From contig JBBIRK010000001.1 of the NCBI GenBank assembly GCA_037441845.1, forward strand, positions 1 through 64,000: a stretch of 64,000 bases of DNA, written 5' to 3'. The notes under the pieces were generated by a model. It had not been told where the DNA came from, did no database searches, and saw only the letters and a program-made list of their open reading frames with translations. A program made the translations under genes and the position numbers. Below are positions 9,632-19,610 of this stretch, in pieces. How positions within the stretch are numbered: the first letter of the stretch is position 1; the number at the start of each line of letters is the position of its first letter. This DNA is from Candidatus Zixiibacteriota bacterium (GTDB lineage: Bacteria; Zixibacteria; MSB-5A5; UBA10806; 4484-95).

Positions 9632-10306
9632 ATGGATTACTACGATCGGTTAAAGGCTGAAGCCATCCGGCTCGGATGTGATTTTTTCGGAGTCGCAGAG
9701 ACTTCGAAATTGACCGAGTATATAAGTGATGAAATCGCCGGAGTCGCGGCGAAACTTCCCCATACGGTCAGCATCGCCGTTCGCATCCAGCGGTCGGTGC
9801 TCGATACGCTTATCGATGGACCGAATTTTATCTACAAGGCGCATTACCGCCAAGCCAATAACCTTCTCGATAAAATAACTTTCGGACTGGGTCAGTTCAT
9901 CCAGACGCTCAATTATCGCGCATTGCCCATCCCTGCCAGCGTGATTACCGATTGGAAAAATCAGCGTGCGCATATTTCGCATCGCCATGCCGCCAAAGAG
10001 GCGGGAATCGGATTTCTGGGGCGCCACGGCCTGGTTGTACACCCCCGGTACGGTGCGGCGATACGCCTTGCCAGCCTGCTCACCGATATACCGTTGCGCG
10101 CCGACTCTCCCCTCAAACAAGACTGCAGCGATTGTGTTGCTTGTATCGCCGCTTGCCCGGTCGACGCGATATCCATCGACGGAATCGATTCGTTTAACGG
10201 CAAGGCCTGCTATGAGCTTCTCAAGCAGTTCGAAAAAAAACATGGGATCGGGGTGATGATTTGCGGATTGTGCCTGAAATCGTGCCGGGGGCCGAATCAT
10301 GACTGA
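9632..10306 (+). CDS. Epoxyqueuosine reductase (QueG)-like 4Fe-4S protein
   Basis: SHRHAAKEAGIGFLG, HPRYG..IRLASLLTD, CxxCxxCxxxCP and CGLCLKSC. Confidence 0.8.
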   Translation: MDYYDRLKAEAIRLGCDFFGVAETSKLTEYISDEIAGVAAKLPHTVSIAVRIQRSVLDTLIDGPNFIYKAHYRQANNLLDKITFGLGQFIQTLNYRALPIPASVITDWKNQRAHISHRHAAKEAGIGFLGRHGLVVHPRYGAAIRLASLLTDIPLRADSPLKQDCSDCVACIAACPVDAISIDGIDSFNGKACYELLKQFEKKHGIGVMICGLCLKSCRGPNHD

Positions 10307-10817
10307 GGTCGATTCGCTTCGCGTGAAGATGATATGCGCGGTGACGTTCGCCCCTGCTGTCCCGCCTGATGAGGTTATCGAGGATCTCGAAGCGGCGTTC
10401 GGTTTGATCGAACGCAAATCGGAGGTAATCGATTTTAACCATACCAACTACTACGCCGATGAAATGGGCGATGGATTGAAAAAATTCCTGGTCAGTTTCG
10501 AACGACCGTTAAGCGCGGATAACCTCTGGCTGGCAAAAAGAACGACTATAGATATCGAAAGCATCTACGCGGCGGAAAATAAACGAAAAGTGAACCTTGA
10601 TCCCGGCTACGTAGAGCCCTCGAAATTAGTGTTGGCATCGACTAAAAATTTTTCGCATCGAATATATTTGAATGGCGGCATATATGCCGAAGTAACACTT
10701 ATCTATTCCGGTGGACGGTTCAATAAAATGCCCTGGACATACCCGGATTACCTGGAACCGAGTTTTATCGAATTTCTCGAGTTAGTAAGGGTCGATTGTA
10801 AATCGCTTTCGAAATAA
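10299..10817 (+). CDS. DUF4416 family protein
   Basis: FNHTNYYADEMG, RKVNLDPGY, LASTKNFSHRIYL, WTYPDY. Confidence 0.8.
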   Translation: MTEVDSLRVKMICAVTFAPAVPPDEVIEDLEAAFGLIERKSEVIDFNHTNYYADEMGDGLKKFLVSFERPLSADNLWLAKRTTIDIESIYAAENKRKVNLDPGYVEPSKLVLASTKNFSHRIYLNGGIYAEVTLIYSGGRFNKMPWTYPDYLEPSFIEFLELVRVDCKSLSK

Positions 10818-10899
10818 TTAAAGGCCATACACTTCCATAAGCAAGGACACGCTTTTTACCGGTATTTAATAGACCGAAGCGCTTTTTCGAAAAATTATG

Positions 10900-10928
10900 T
10901 TGACATCCGAGCAGAAATTCGGCATCTT
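10900..10928 (+). promoter_or_regulatory. Sigma70-type promoter for the RRM gene (long 5' UTR)
   Basis: TTGACA-17nt-CATCTT. Confidence 0.55.
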
Positions 10929-11100
10929 AAGTAAGTTAACATGGCTCCGAGAATAGTTCCCACAGAATTGACCTGTTCAATTTAAGTCAAGGAAATATGC
11001 GAGGAGACAATGGCGCAATCGTGCGCGAGAATACGTTCATTTAGATTACAATCTCTCTCCGATCTGGAGGGGAAGCTAATGAACGAAACCGGAGAGAGTG

Positions 11101-11418
11101 ATGAACATCTACGTCGGTAACCTGTCGCGTCAGACATCCGAAAACGATCTGCGGGCTGCTTTCGAAAGCCACGGCCAGGTCTCGAGTGTCAGCATCATCA
11201 AGGACAAATACAGCGGCGAATCAAAAGGATTCGGCTTCGTTGAGATGCCCTCGAAAGAAGAGGCCGAAGCGGCGATCAAAAACTTAAACGGTAAGGACCT
11301 TGACGGCCGCACGCTGAATATCAGCGAGGCGCGCCCACGCAGTGAAAACCGCGGTGGCGGCGGTCGGGATCGTGATCGTTTCCGCAGCTCAGGCGGAGGC
11401 GGCGGAAGACGCTGGTAG
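11101..11418 (+). CDS. RNA-binding protein, single RRM with Gly/Arg-rich tail
   Basis: RNP2 IYVGNL, RNP1 KGFGFVEM, GGGG/RDRDR tail. Confidence 0.95.
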   Translation: MNIYVGNLSRQTSENDLRAAFESHGQVSSVSIIKDKYSGESKGFGFVEMPSKEEAEAAIKNLNGKDLDGRTLNISEARPRSENRGGGGRDRDRFRSSGGGGGRRW

Positions 11419-11454
11419 GTTTTCCGTAAAAAATGAAGCCGTTGTGGCTTGATG

Positions 11455-11490
11455 AAACGGTCGGTGATTTCACCGGCCGTTTATTATTTT
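11455..11490 (+). terminator. Intrinsic terminator
   Basis: AAACGGTCGGTGA-TT-TCACCGGCCGTTT followed by ATTATTTT. Confidence 0.8.
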
Positions 11491-11731
11491 GTCACCAATA
11501 TCCGGTTCGAAATTGGGTAATCTGTTGATTTTTACGCAATTGCTCGAATAATGAGCAGCGCCGTCGGCGATCCTTGCGACAACACAACTCGTTAATGGAC
11601 AAAGCAATATGCGGTTGCCATTACGGGTTTCGGCGATAATTTCCGCTTCAAGCGTAAAAGGCTGGGCGATTCTTGAACCTTTCGGTGATTGAATGGCTTT
11701 GAATGTCGATTATCAAGGCGGCAACAACTTG

Positions 11732-11761
11732 TTGACTTCCATAAAATTGCCGAAATATAAT
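11732..11761 (+). promoter_or_regulatory. Sigma70-type promoter
   Basis: TTGACT-18nt-TATAAT. Confidence 0.6.
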
Positions 11762-11819
11762 TAACCGCCGTTGCTGGCATGACGATTGCGTAAGTCAGGC
11801 CCGAATGGAGGGTATGACC

Positions 11820-13193
11820 ATGAAACCGCACAATCTGATTCTAAGCCTGATCCTCATTTTTGTCGTTCTGTTGATGACTCAATACATAAACGCCACGACC
11901 GCCGCTGATTTCTTGAACATAGGAGTTTCTGCCAGGCAATATTCGCTGGCTGGCGCAGGATTGGCGCTCGATAATGGCATCGCCTCCGCTTATTCCAATC
12001 CAGCCGGCCTGGCCTATATTGAAAGATCAGGGGTGAGTTTCATGCATAACCTCTGGTATCAAGATATCGCCTATGATTATCTCGGTGCAGCCATGCCCCT
12101 CGGCGAAAAAGGAACTATCGCCCTCTCGACCACTTACCTGCATATGGGGAAAATCGCTGCCTACGACGAATACGATCAACCGATAGGCGGCTTGTCACCC
12201 TATAGCATGGCCGGAATAATTTCCTATGGCAGGCGGGTATCGGACAGGCTTACTCTGGGCATAAGCGGCAAATTCATAACCGAAAAGTTGGCGGATCTTC
12301 GAGCGTCGGGGATGGCAGTAGATATCGGCGGCCAAATCGGGATCGGTAATTTTGAAATCGGCGCCGCCGTCACCAATCTCGGCCCGTCGATGAAATATGC
12401 GGAACAGAGCTTCAAATTGCCGTCGTCGGCGCTGTTAAGCATCGGCTATAGCATTCCCATGTTGCCGACCAACTTGGTTGCGGGTGTAAAGGCACCATTT
12501 ACGGGTAACGCAGTCGGCTCGGCCGGTATCGAGTATCGAGCCACAGATTTCCTGTATCTACGATCCGGATACAGCGCCTCCTCGGCTGCCCCCTCGGAAA
12601 AGGGGTTCGATTTGGGCATGGGAGTCGCGTTTCTGGGCGGCACGCTGGATTACTCTTATAGTCCGGGAAAATATTTCGACGGCACCCATGCTTTTTCATT
12701 CACGTTCAGTTTCGGAAAGCAGCGCCGGCAATATGAAACGAACACCGTAACCACGAAATTCACCCAGTCGAAACCTTTACCGACCGAACCGGCCGAAGTG
12801 AATACTTCGGAGGAGACACCATATCAAGCCCTCACGCCGCAGAAATCCATCGAGGGTGAGAAAGTCGAGCCAACGGTGGCCGAAAATTTAATCAGGAACG
12901 AGGAGCTGGCGGCACCCCCCCGTTCCCCACGCATTCAGGACCAGCCCACTCCAAACACGGCACCGCTTTATGTGGTGAGCGCCGGCAGATTCAGGGAAGC
13001 GGCCGGGGCGAGGATTCAGATGGATATGTTGGCGCGATTCGATTTCGACGCTTTCACCGAGGTCTTGCCCGATGGATTGATACGGGTCTGGCTGCTCAAG
13101 ACGGCAGACAAGAAGAAGGCCGAGAAGCTCTTGGCGAAAGCGGTTTCCAAAGGTTTGAATTGCCGGATGGAGATCGATAATCAAACAAACTAA
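11820..13193 (+). CDS. PorV/PorQ-family outer-membrane barrel with Pro/Thr linker and C-terminal SPOR-like domain (alternative starts 11805/11814)
   Basis: Signal peptide; FLNIGVSARQYSLAGA, SNPAGLA, AVDIG, NLGP, LDYSY, HAFS; C-terminal YVVSAGRF...A...L...F....IRVWL. Confidence 0.75.
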   Translation: MKPHNLILSLILIFVVLLMTQYINATTAADFLNIGVSARQYSLAGAGLALDNGIASAYSNPAGLAYIERSGVSFMHNLWYQDIAYDYLGAAMPLGEKGTIALSTTYLHMGKIAAYDEYDQPIGGLSPYSMAGIISYGRRVSDRLTLGISGKFITEKLADLRASGMAVDIGGQIGIGNFEIGAAVTNLGPSMKYAEQSFKLPSSALLSIGYSIPMLPTNLVAGVKAPFTGNAVGSAGIEYRATDFLYLRSGYSASSAAPSEKGFDLGMGVAFLGGTLDYSYSPGKYFDGTHAFSFTFSFGKQRRQYETNTVTTKFTQSKPLPTEPAEVNTSEETPYQALTPQKSIEGEKVEPTVAENLIRNEELAAPPRSPRIQDQPTPNTAPLYVVSAGRFREAAGARIQMDMLARFDFDAFTEVLPDGLIRVWLLKTADKKKAEKLLAKAVSKGLNCRMEIDNQTN

Positions 13194-13444
13194 ACGGCCC
13201 CAATAATCCCTGGCGGCACTGCGCCCATTTTGAACCCGGAAGAGCGAAGAGATGCAAGGCATCGCTCAGTTGACAAGCGATCCCATTTATCGGCGCTTGT
13301 TAGAACCGAACAGATCAATCTGAATCTGCCCGGTAAAATCATTTCTAAAAATATACAAAAAGACCCCGGCTGATGCTTCTTCAATGGGCGATGCACTGGA
13401 AAATACGATTGTCTATATCGAGTTTCAAATGAACTCAGGGTCCG

Positions 13445-13996
13445 TCACCAAAACCATCCGAAACCGAGCAAGAACGAATAGAAATTAGTCGAAAATCCAT
13501 CCAAGTCTTGTGAAATATATTGAAAACTGGGGACGAGGGCGAACTTGGAGCCAAGCCGAATTTCCGTGCCTGCCCCCAAAGTGAGACCAAACCCGTTTTC
13601 CGTATCGGTAAACCCGAACGCCTCGGCGATTACGGCCGAGAAAGCCGGCCCCGCTTTTATGAAAATCATTTCTGCGGGATAATACGTGATGCAGGCAGCG
13701 TAGTTATTATATTGAAGGGCAAATCCGTGTTCTTCTTTCCGCCAAGCATCAATTTCGGCGCCTATCAATATCTTATTGCTGGCCGCTCCACCGATCCTAA
13801 GGTTCATCGACAATCCACTTTCGCGCCCCAAATCATCCGCGAGACCATCAATCTTGAGACCTGCCGAGCCGCCTCCAATGCCGAATCCGAGATACAGACC
13901 GTCATGCACAGCCGGTCTTAGTTCGGCATTCGCCGAGGCCGGCGCAATCACACTTACACATAATACAAAGAGCGCAATCACCCTAATTGGAAACAT
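13445..13996 (-). CDS. Small outer-membrane beta-barrel protein
   Basis: Signal peptide, amphipathic Gly/aromatic strands, C-terminal aromatic residue; GGAGG SD. Confidence 0.75.
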   Translation of the reverse strand: MFPIRVIALFVLCVSVIAPASANAELRPAVHDGLYLGFGIGGGSAGLKIDGLADDLGRESGLSMNLRIGGAASNKILIGAEIDAWRKEEHGFALQYNNYAACITYYPAEMIFIKAGPAFSAVIAEAFGFTDTENGFGLTLGAGTEIRLGSKFALVPSFQYISQDLDGFSTNFYSFLLGFGWFW

Positions 13997-14033
13997 GCAT
14001 TCCTCCCCGATTAAGAATGGACAATGTTATCTT

Positions 14034-14062
14034 TTTATATGACCAATCACCCATTCAGTCAA
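14034..14062 (-). promoter_or_regulatory. Sigma70-type promoter
   Basis: TTGACT-17nt-TATAAA. Confidence 0.5.
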
Positions 14063-14290
14063 GCTTATTTTTCATGGTATGTTCACCATATTAGGATAAC
14101 GCCCGCATTATGGCAATCGTCTGAAGCCTGGAAAAAATTCCTGCACTTTAAGCCGAAAAAATCGAAATCAATGAAATTTGCATTTACTTACATCCTCTAT
14201 ATGCTTATAATAATGCATACAGTGCTCCGTCTGATAGTCAATTAAACTTGCCTGACGTATTTTCAGGCATTGTAACCAAAGGAGGCATCC

Positions 14291-14851
14291 ATGATCTCGA
14301 TAACCACTTTGTGGCTTCCGATACTGCTGTCGGCGGTGATCGTCTTTATCGCCAGCACAATTATTCACATGCTCTTGCCCTATCATAGAAGGGATTTCGG
14401 CAAACTGCCCGACGAGGACGGCGTCATGGAATCGCTGCGCAAACATGATATTCCGCCCGGCGACTATATGATTCCCTGCGGCGGCAGCCCGGAGGCGATG
14501 AAGAATCCGGAGTTTCTGGAAAAACTGAAAAAAGGCCCGGTGGCGGTGATGACCGTAATGAAAAGCGGCGATACGAATATGGGATCAAGCCTGGCGCAGT
14601 GGTTTCTCTACTGCGTTATCGTAAGCCTGTTCGCCGCTTATATCGCCGGCCGCGCACTCGAACCAGGAGCCCATTATTCGGCGGTTTTCCGGTTCGCCGG
14701 GACAACCGCATTCGTCGGCCATTCGCTTGCGCTCATGCATAATTCCATCTGGTACAAACGGAAATGGAGCACTACGCTGAAGTCGATGTTCGACGGTTTG
14801 ATTTATGGAATGTTGACCGGCGGTACTTTCGGCTGGCTCTGGCCGCATTAA
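14291..14851 (+). CDS. Hypothetical membrane protein (about 4 TM)
   Basis: AAAGGAGG SD; hydrophobic segments; PYHRRD, PPGDY, SIWY motifs. Confidence 0.8.
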   Translation: MISITTLWLPILLSAVIVFIASTIIHMLLPYHRRDFGKLPDEDGVMESLRKHDIPPGDYMIPCGGSPEAMKNPEFLEKLKKGPVAVMTVMKSGDTNMGSSLAQWFLYCVIVSLFAAYIAGRALEPGAHYSAVFRFAGTTAFVGHSLALMHNSIWYKRKWSTTLKSMFDGLIYGMLTGGTFGWLWPH

Positions 14852-15190
14852 ATCGCGAAATCGATTTTCGATTTGCGCCTTAAATAATAGTTATGGTGAC
14901 GGTATCCATTAAAAGAATTTGGGATGGTATAATTGTTTTGACAGTAACAAGGTTTCTCATCAAATAAGTCCAAGTGCCAATTCATCCCTCTTGGTGATAA
15001 TGGCTTGTTGAAATGAATATCTCACTCGAGTAAAAACTCCACCTTCCTACATATATCGACATATAAATCCACCGAATTTATAACACTGCTGCGACTTATA
15101 TCCTCGGCTTGCCGGAGGATATCAATTAAGCCTTGATTTCGCCCTTCTTTTTGCTATTTTCTGTCAACGGAAAAAAATGCTGGAGGAACG

Positions 15191-16063
15191 ATGCCGAAAG
15201 TATTGGATAATAGACAAATCGGCCCACTCATATGGAAAATGCTTATCGCAGTGCCCCGTCTGGTGATGAAAGCGAAAGCCGGACAATTCGTAATTATCAG
15301 AGTCAACGAACAGGGTGAACGGGTGCCGATGTCGATCGCCGGTCTGGACAGACAAAAAGGAATTCTCACCGTAATCTATCAAGTGGTCGGAAAAACCTCG
15401 GCGCTGATGACCACCGTGCCGGCCGGCGGAGAGCTCGCCGATTGCGTAGGACCCCTCGGGGCACCCTCGCATATCGACAATTGGGGAACCGCATGCGTCA
15501 TCGGCGGCGGCATCGGAATCGCCCCCATCTATCCGATCGCCCAGGCATACAAGGAAGCCGGCAACAGGCTTGTGACCATTATAGGAGCGCGATCCAAGAA
15601 TCTTTTATTTTATGAAGACGAGCATCGGGCCGTCGCAGATGAATTATATGTTTGCACCGATGACGGCAGCTACGGCCAAAAAGGATTCGTTTCGGAAGTG
15701 CTGAAAAAGCTGCTTGATGAAGGCAGAAAGATAGGTCAGATCATGGCGATCGGCCCGGTTCCGATGATGCGCGTGGTGGCCGAGTTGACCAAAGGTTACG
15801 GGGTGCCGACATGGGTGTCACTGAATCCGATAATGATCGACGGCACCGGAATGTGCGGCGGCTGCCGCGTGGCTGTCGAGGGCAAGACGATGTTCGCATG
15901 TGTCGATGGCCCGGATTTCGACGGCCACAAAGTCGATTTCGATCTGCTGTCGAAACGGCTCGGGGCTTATAAGGAAATGGAAAAAGCGGCGATGAAAAGA
16001 TTTCTTGAGGATCCCCATTGCCGATTGGCGGAATCGATCAGATCCCTGGCCGCTCAGAGTTGA
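15191..16063 (+). CDS. nfnA: NfnA/SudB-type FAD/NAD-binding 2Fe-2S subunit of NADH-dependent reduced ferredoxin:NADP+ oxidoreductase
   Basis: AGQFVI, GERVP, GGGIGIAP, AIGPVPMM, DGTGMCGGCRV, CVDGP. Confidence 0.85.
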   Translation: MPKVLDNRQIGPLIWKMLIAVPRLVMKAKAGQFVIIRVNEQGERVPMSIAGLDRQKGILTVIYQVVGKTSALMTTVPAGGELADCVGPLGAPSHIDNWGTACVIGGGIGIAPIYPIAQAYKEAGNRLVTIIGARSKNLLFYEDEHRAVADELYVCTDDGSYGQKGFVSEVLKKLLDEGRKIGQIMAIGPVPMMRVVAELTKGYGVPTWVSLNPIMIDGTGMCGGCRVAVEGKTMFACVDGPDFDGHKVDFDLLSKRLGAYKEMEKAAMKRFLEDPHCRLAESIRSLAAQS

Positions 16064-16105
16064 CGAAGAATCTGCCGGTATAAACGAGCCGAAAAAGGTG
16101 TTCAG

Positions 16106-17524
16106 ATGACTAATAGATTAGAAAAGAAAGACCGAATGAAAATTCCCCGGCAAACCATGCCGGAACAAGATCCGCTGGAAAGAATAAAGAATTTTCTCGA
16201 AGTCCCCTATGGCTTTACCGAGGAACAGGCGCTGGTAGAAGCGTCGAGATGTCTCGAATGTCCGAAAGCGCCCTGCGTCAAAGGGTGCCCGGTGGAGGTC
16301 GATATACCGGGTTTTATCAGGCTGGTGGTCGAAAAAGACTATGCAGCGGCGGCCCGCAAAATCAAAGAAACGAATTCGCTTCCCGCGGTATGCGGCCGAG
16401 TCTGCCCGCAGGAAGAACAATGCGAAATCGTCTGTGTAATGGCCAAGAAGTTTTCGCCGGTTGCTATAGGCGCGTTGGAACGATTCGTGGCCGATTACGA
16501 ACGCAATAATAATTTGATTCAATTGCCGCGGATAGATCCTCCGACCGGTCGAAGCGTGGCTATCGTCGGTTCAGGTCCGGCCGGACTGACGGTGGCCGGC
16601 GATCTGATCAAGCTGGGTCACCGCGTTACCATTTTTGAGGCCCTGCACAAACCCGGGGGAGTTCTGGTTTACGGTATACCGGAATTTAGACTGCCGAAAG
16701 CTATCGTGCAGGCCGAATGTGACTTTCTGGCGCGGCTCGGGGTCGAATTCCGCACTTCGACGGTTATCGGTAAAGCAGAAACGATAGACGAGCTTTTTGA
16801 AATGGGATACGATGCCGTATTTATCGGCACCGGAGCCGGGCTGCCCAACTTCATGGGAATACCCGGGGAAAACCTCATAGGAATATATTCCTCCAACGAA
16901 TACCTGACCCGTTCGAATCTCATGCGGGCGTTCGATTTTCCAAATTATGACACCCCTATCATGATTGGCGAAAACGTGGCCGTGCTCGGCGGCGGCAACA
17001 CCGCCATGGACTCGGTTCGAACCGCCCTGCGGCTGGGTGCCAAAAACGCCTATATAGTTTACCGTCGCAGCGAGGCGGAAATGCCGGCGCGCAAGGAAGA
17101 AATACACCATGCGCTCGAGGAAGGCGTGCAGTTTCACATGCTGACCAACCCGATCCGTTTCATAGGCGACGGAAAGGTCCAGGCCATGGAATGCATAAGA
17201 ATGGTGCTCGGCGAACCCGACGCCTCCGGCAGAAGGCGGCCCATACCGATCGAGGGTTCGAATTTCATCCTTGAGGTCGATTTGGTGGTTGTGGCTATCG
17301 GCAACTCGTCTAATCCGCTGATTCCGAAAACCACTCCGGGATTACAGACCAATAAATGGGGCAATATCATAGTCGATAAAGAAACTATGCAGACATCGCG
17401 GAAAGGCGTCTATGCCGGCGGAGATATCGTCACCGGCGGAGCCACGGTTATTTTGGCGGCCGGTGCCGGCAAAATAGCCGCCCGGGCGATGCACAAATAC
17501 TTGATGGAGGAAGTGAAGAAGTAA
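16106..17524 (+). CDS. nfnB: NfnB/SudA (GltD-like) subunit, two 4Fe-4S clusters plus FAD
   Basis: RCLEC...CVKGCP, CGRVCPQEEQC, GSGPAGL, YGIPEFRLP, GGGNTAMD, AGGDIVTG; adjacent to nfnA, no gltB nearby. Confidence 0.85.
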   Translation: MTNRLEKKDRMKIPRQTMPEQDPLERIKNFLEVPYGFTEEQALVEASRCLECPKAPCVKGCPVEVDIPGFIRLVVEKDYAAAARKIKETNSLPAVCGRVCPQEEQCEIVCVMAKKFSPVAIGALERFVADYERNNNLIQLPRIDPPTGRSVAIVGSGPAGLTVAGDLIKLGHRVTIFEALHKPGGVLVYGIPEFRLPKAIVQAECDFLARLGVEFRTSTVIGKAETIDELFEMGYDAVFIGTGAGLPNFMGIPGENLIGIYSSNEYLTRSNLMRAFDFPNYDTPIMIGENVAVLGGGNTAMDSVRTALRLGAKNAYIVYRRSEAEMPARKEEIHHALEEGVQFHMLTNPIRFIGDGKVQAMECIRMVLGEPDASGRRRPIPIEGSNFILEVDLVVVAIGNSSNPLIPKTTPGLQTNKWGNIIVDKETMQTSRKGVYAGGDIVTGGATVILAAGAGKIAARAMHKYLMEEVKK

Positions 17525-17562
17525 CGACCTCTTGTCCCCGCTGCCGCGGCACGCGATCGTCC

Positions 17563-17591
17563 TTGACATTGCGGGAATTAAAGGCTACTTA
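17563..17591 (+). promoter_or_regulatory. Possible promoter, predicted leaderless
   Basis: TTGACA-17nt-TACTTA (lacks the -7 T); ATG 7 nt downstream, no SD. Confidence 0.5.
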
Positions 17592-17597
17592 TGGGCG

Positions 17598-18473
17598 ATG
17601 CTCAGCGCCTTGATCAAGACAGCCAGGCCGTATCAATGGCAGAAGAATCTGGTAGTTTTCGCCGCGCTTGTTTTTGCCCATAAATATACTGATTCTAAAA
17701 GCATAACACTGGCATTTTTGGCTTTCGCGGCTTTTTGTCTTGCCTCATCGGCCATCTATTTTCTGAACGATATCTCCGATCGAGACAAAGACCGAAATCA
17801 TCCATCCAAGAAACACCGCCCCATCGCCTCGGGAAAATTGAGTCTGCCCGTGGCTTGGCTGACCTCCGTAATTCTTTTGGCAGCCGCCATGCTTTTGGCT
17901 ATGACCATGAATTACCCGTTTTTCGTGTATCTGGCGGGCTACGTTTTGTTGAACATCGCGTATAACATAGGGCTGAAAAACATAGTTATAATCGATGTAA
18001 TGAGCATTTCAGCGGGATTCGTTTTGCGGGCCGCCGCCGGGGCTGCGGCTATCGATGTGCCGATATCATCGTGGCTTTTGGTCTGCACTACTTTACTTGC
18101 GCTTTTTCTCGGATTCGCCAAGAGGCGGCACGAACTGGTGATTCTGGGCGACGGCGCAGTATCTCATCGGCAATCGCTGGCTCACTATTCACCTTATTTT
18201 CTCGATCAGATGATAAGCGTGGTGACCGCATCGACGGTGGTGGCGTATGCTTTCTATACCTTATCACCCGAGATCCAACAGAAATTTCACAGCCGTAATT
18301 TGATTCTGACGATTCCTTTTGTTTTATATGGGATATTTCGTTACCTATATTTAGTTCATCAAAAGGATGAAGGCGGCAATCCCGCCCGGCTGATGATCAC
18401 CGATGCGCCGCTTCTGGTTTGCGTGGCCTTATGGGTGGTGACGGTGATCGTCATAATTCAGTTCGAATTATAG
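17598..18473 (+). CDS. UbiA-family polyprenyl-phosphate phosphoribosyltransferase (DPPR synthase-like)
   Basis: RPYQWQKN, NDISDRDKDRNHPSKKHRPIASG, GFVLR, KRRHEL, GIFRY. Confidence 0.85.
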   Translation: MLSALIKTARPYQWQKNLVVFAALVFAHKYTDSKSITLAFLAFAAFCLASSAIYFLNDISDRDKDRNHPSKKHRPIASGKLSLPVAWLTSVILLAAAMLLAMTMNYPFFVYLAGYVLLNIAYNIGLKNIVIIDVMSISAGFVLRAAAGAAAIDVPISSWLLVCTTLLALFLGFAKRRHELVILGDGAVSHRQSLAHYSPYFLDQMISVVTASTVVAYAFYTLSPEIQQKFHSRNLILTIPFVLYGIFRYLYLVHQKDEGGNPARLMITDAPLLVCVALWVVTVIVIIQFEL

Positions 18474-18481
18474 GATACTCG

Positions 18482-19567
18482 ATGAAAGACAAATCGAAAG
18501 TCGCGGTGATCCGCACGACTCCGGAAACAGTAATCGCCGACTATCTCAAGGCGGGGGAAATGGCCGGATTGAAAGAAGCGCTTGATCCGGCTGCGGTTAC
18601 GATTCTGAAAGACAATATATCTTGGCATCTCCCTTTCCCCGGTGCGAACACCGTGCCCTGGCAGTTGGAGGGCGCAATAAAGAGTCTTAAGAGCGCCGGA
18701 TTCGCGAGGCTTGCGGCCGTCCACAACGACACCGTGGTCACCGATCCATACGCCGGCGGGAAAAATCTGAAATTGACGCCTATATATCAGAAATATTCCA
18801 TCGAGGAGCATTTTAATAACGACCCGGCCGATCTGAAATGGATCGCCTATGAACCCAAAGCCAAAATGAGGGTGCTGCATCGGATTTTCCAGCACCGAAT
18901 CCGTATCCCCGAGTATTTTATAGGCAAGAACATCGTTCATCTGCCCACGTTGAAAACCCATATCTACACCACGACCACCGGCGCCATGAAAAACGCTTTC
19001 GGCGGTCTGCTGAATACCCGGCGGCATTACACTCATTCCTGCATTCATGAAACTCTGGTCGATCTTTTGCAAATCCAGAAAGAGATCCACACCGGGCTGT
19101 TCTGTTTCATGGACGGCACTACGGCCGGATCAGGTCCCGGGCCGAGGACGATGACGCCGCATGTCAAGAATCTGATTTTGGCAAGTTCGGACATGGTAGC
19201 GATCGATGCGGTGGCTTCCAAGATGATGGGATTCGACCCGCTGTCGATCAAATATATCGCCCTGGCCGATGAAGCCGGTTTGGGCAACGGCGACCCGAAC
19301 CGAATTGAAGTTGTCGGCGAGGAAATCAGCGGGATCAATTTCGGTTTTACGGTCGGCGATAATATGGCATCGCGCGTGGGCGATATTTTCTGGTATTCGC
19401 CGCTGAAAGTTTTCCAGAAATTGCTTTTCCACACGCCCATAGTTTATATTTTCGTATTCGGCTCGGCTTTTTATCATGATAGATTTTGGTATCCGCTCAA
19501 GGGCAGAAAGATATTCGACCGCTGGCGCCAGGAAACCGGCTGGGGCAAGTTATTCGATAGCTATTGA
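18482..19567 (+). CDS. DUF362 domain protein
   Basis: ILKDN, HLPTLKTH...TTGAMKNAFG, MDGT..GSGPGP, DMVAIDAV..MMG. Confidence 0.82.
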   Translation: MKDKSKVAVIRTTPETVIADYLKAGEMAGLKEALDPAAVTILKDNISWHLPFPGANTVPWQLEGAIKSLKSAGFARLAAVHNDTVVTDPYAGGKNLKLTPIYQKYSIEEHFNNDPADLKWIAYEPKAKMRVLHRIFQHRIRIPEYFIGKNIVHLPTLKTHIYTTTTGAMKNAFGGLLNTRRHYTHSCIHETLVDLLQIQKEIHTGLFCFMDGTTAGSGPGPRTMTPHVKNLILASSDMVAIDAVASKMMGFDPLSIKYIALADEAGLGNGDPNRIEVVGEEISGINFGFTVGDNMASRVGDIFWYSPLKVFQKLLFHTPIVYIFVFGSAFYHDRFWYPLKGRKIFDRWRQETGWGKLFDSY

Positions 19568-19610
19568 TTTCTCATGAATTAGGTTCGCGTTATGTGACGA
19601 GGGTTTGTCG

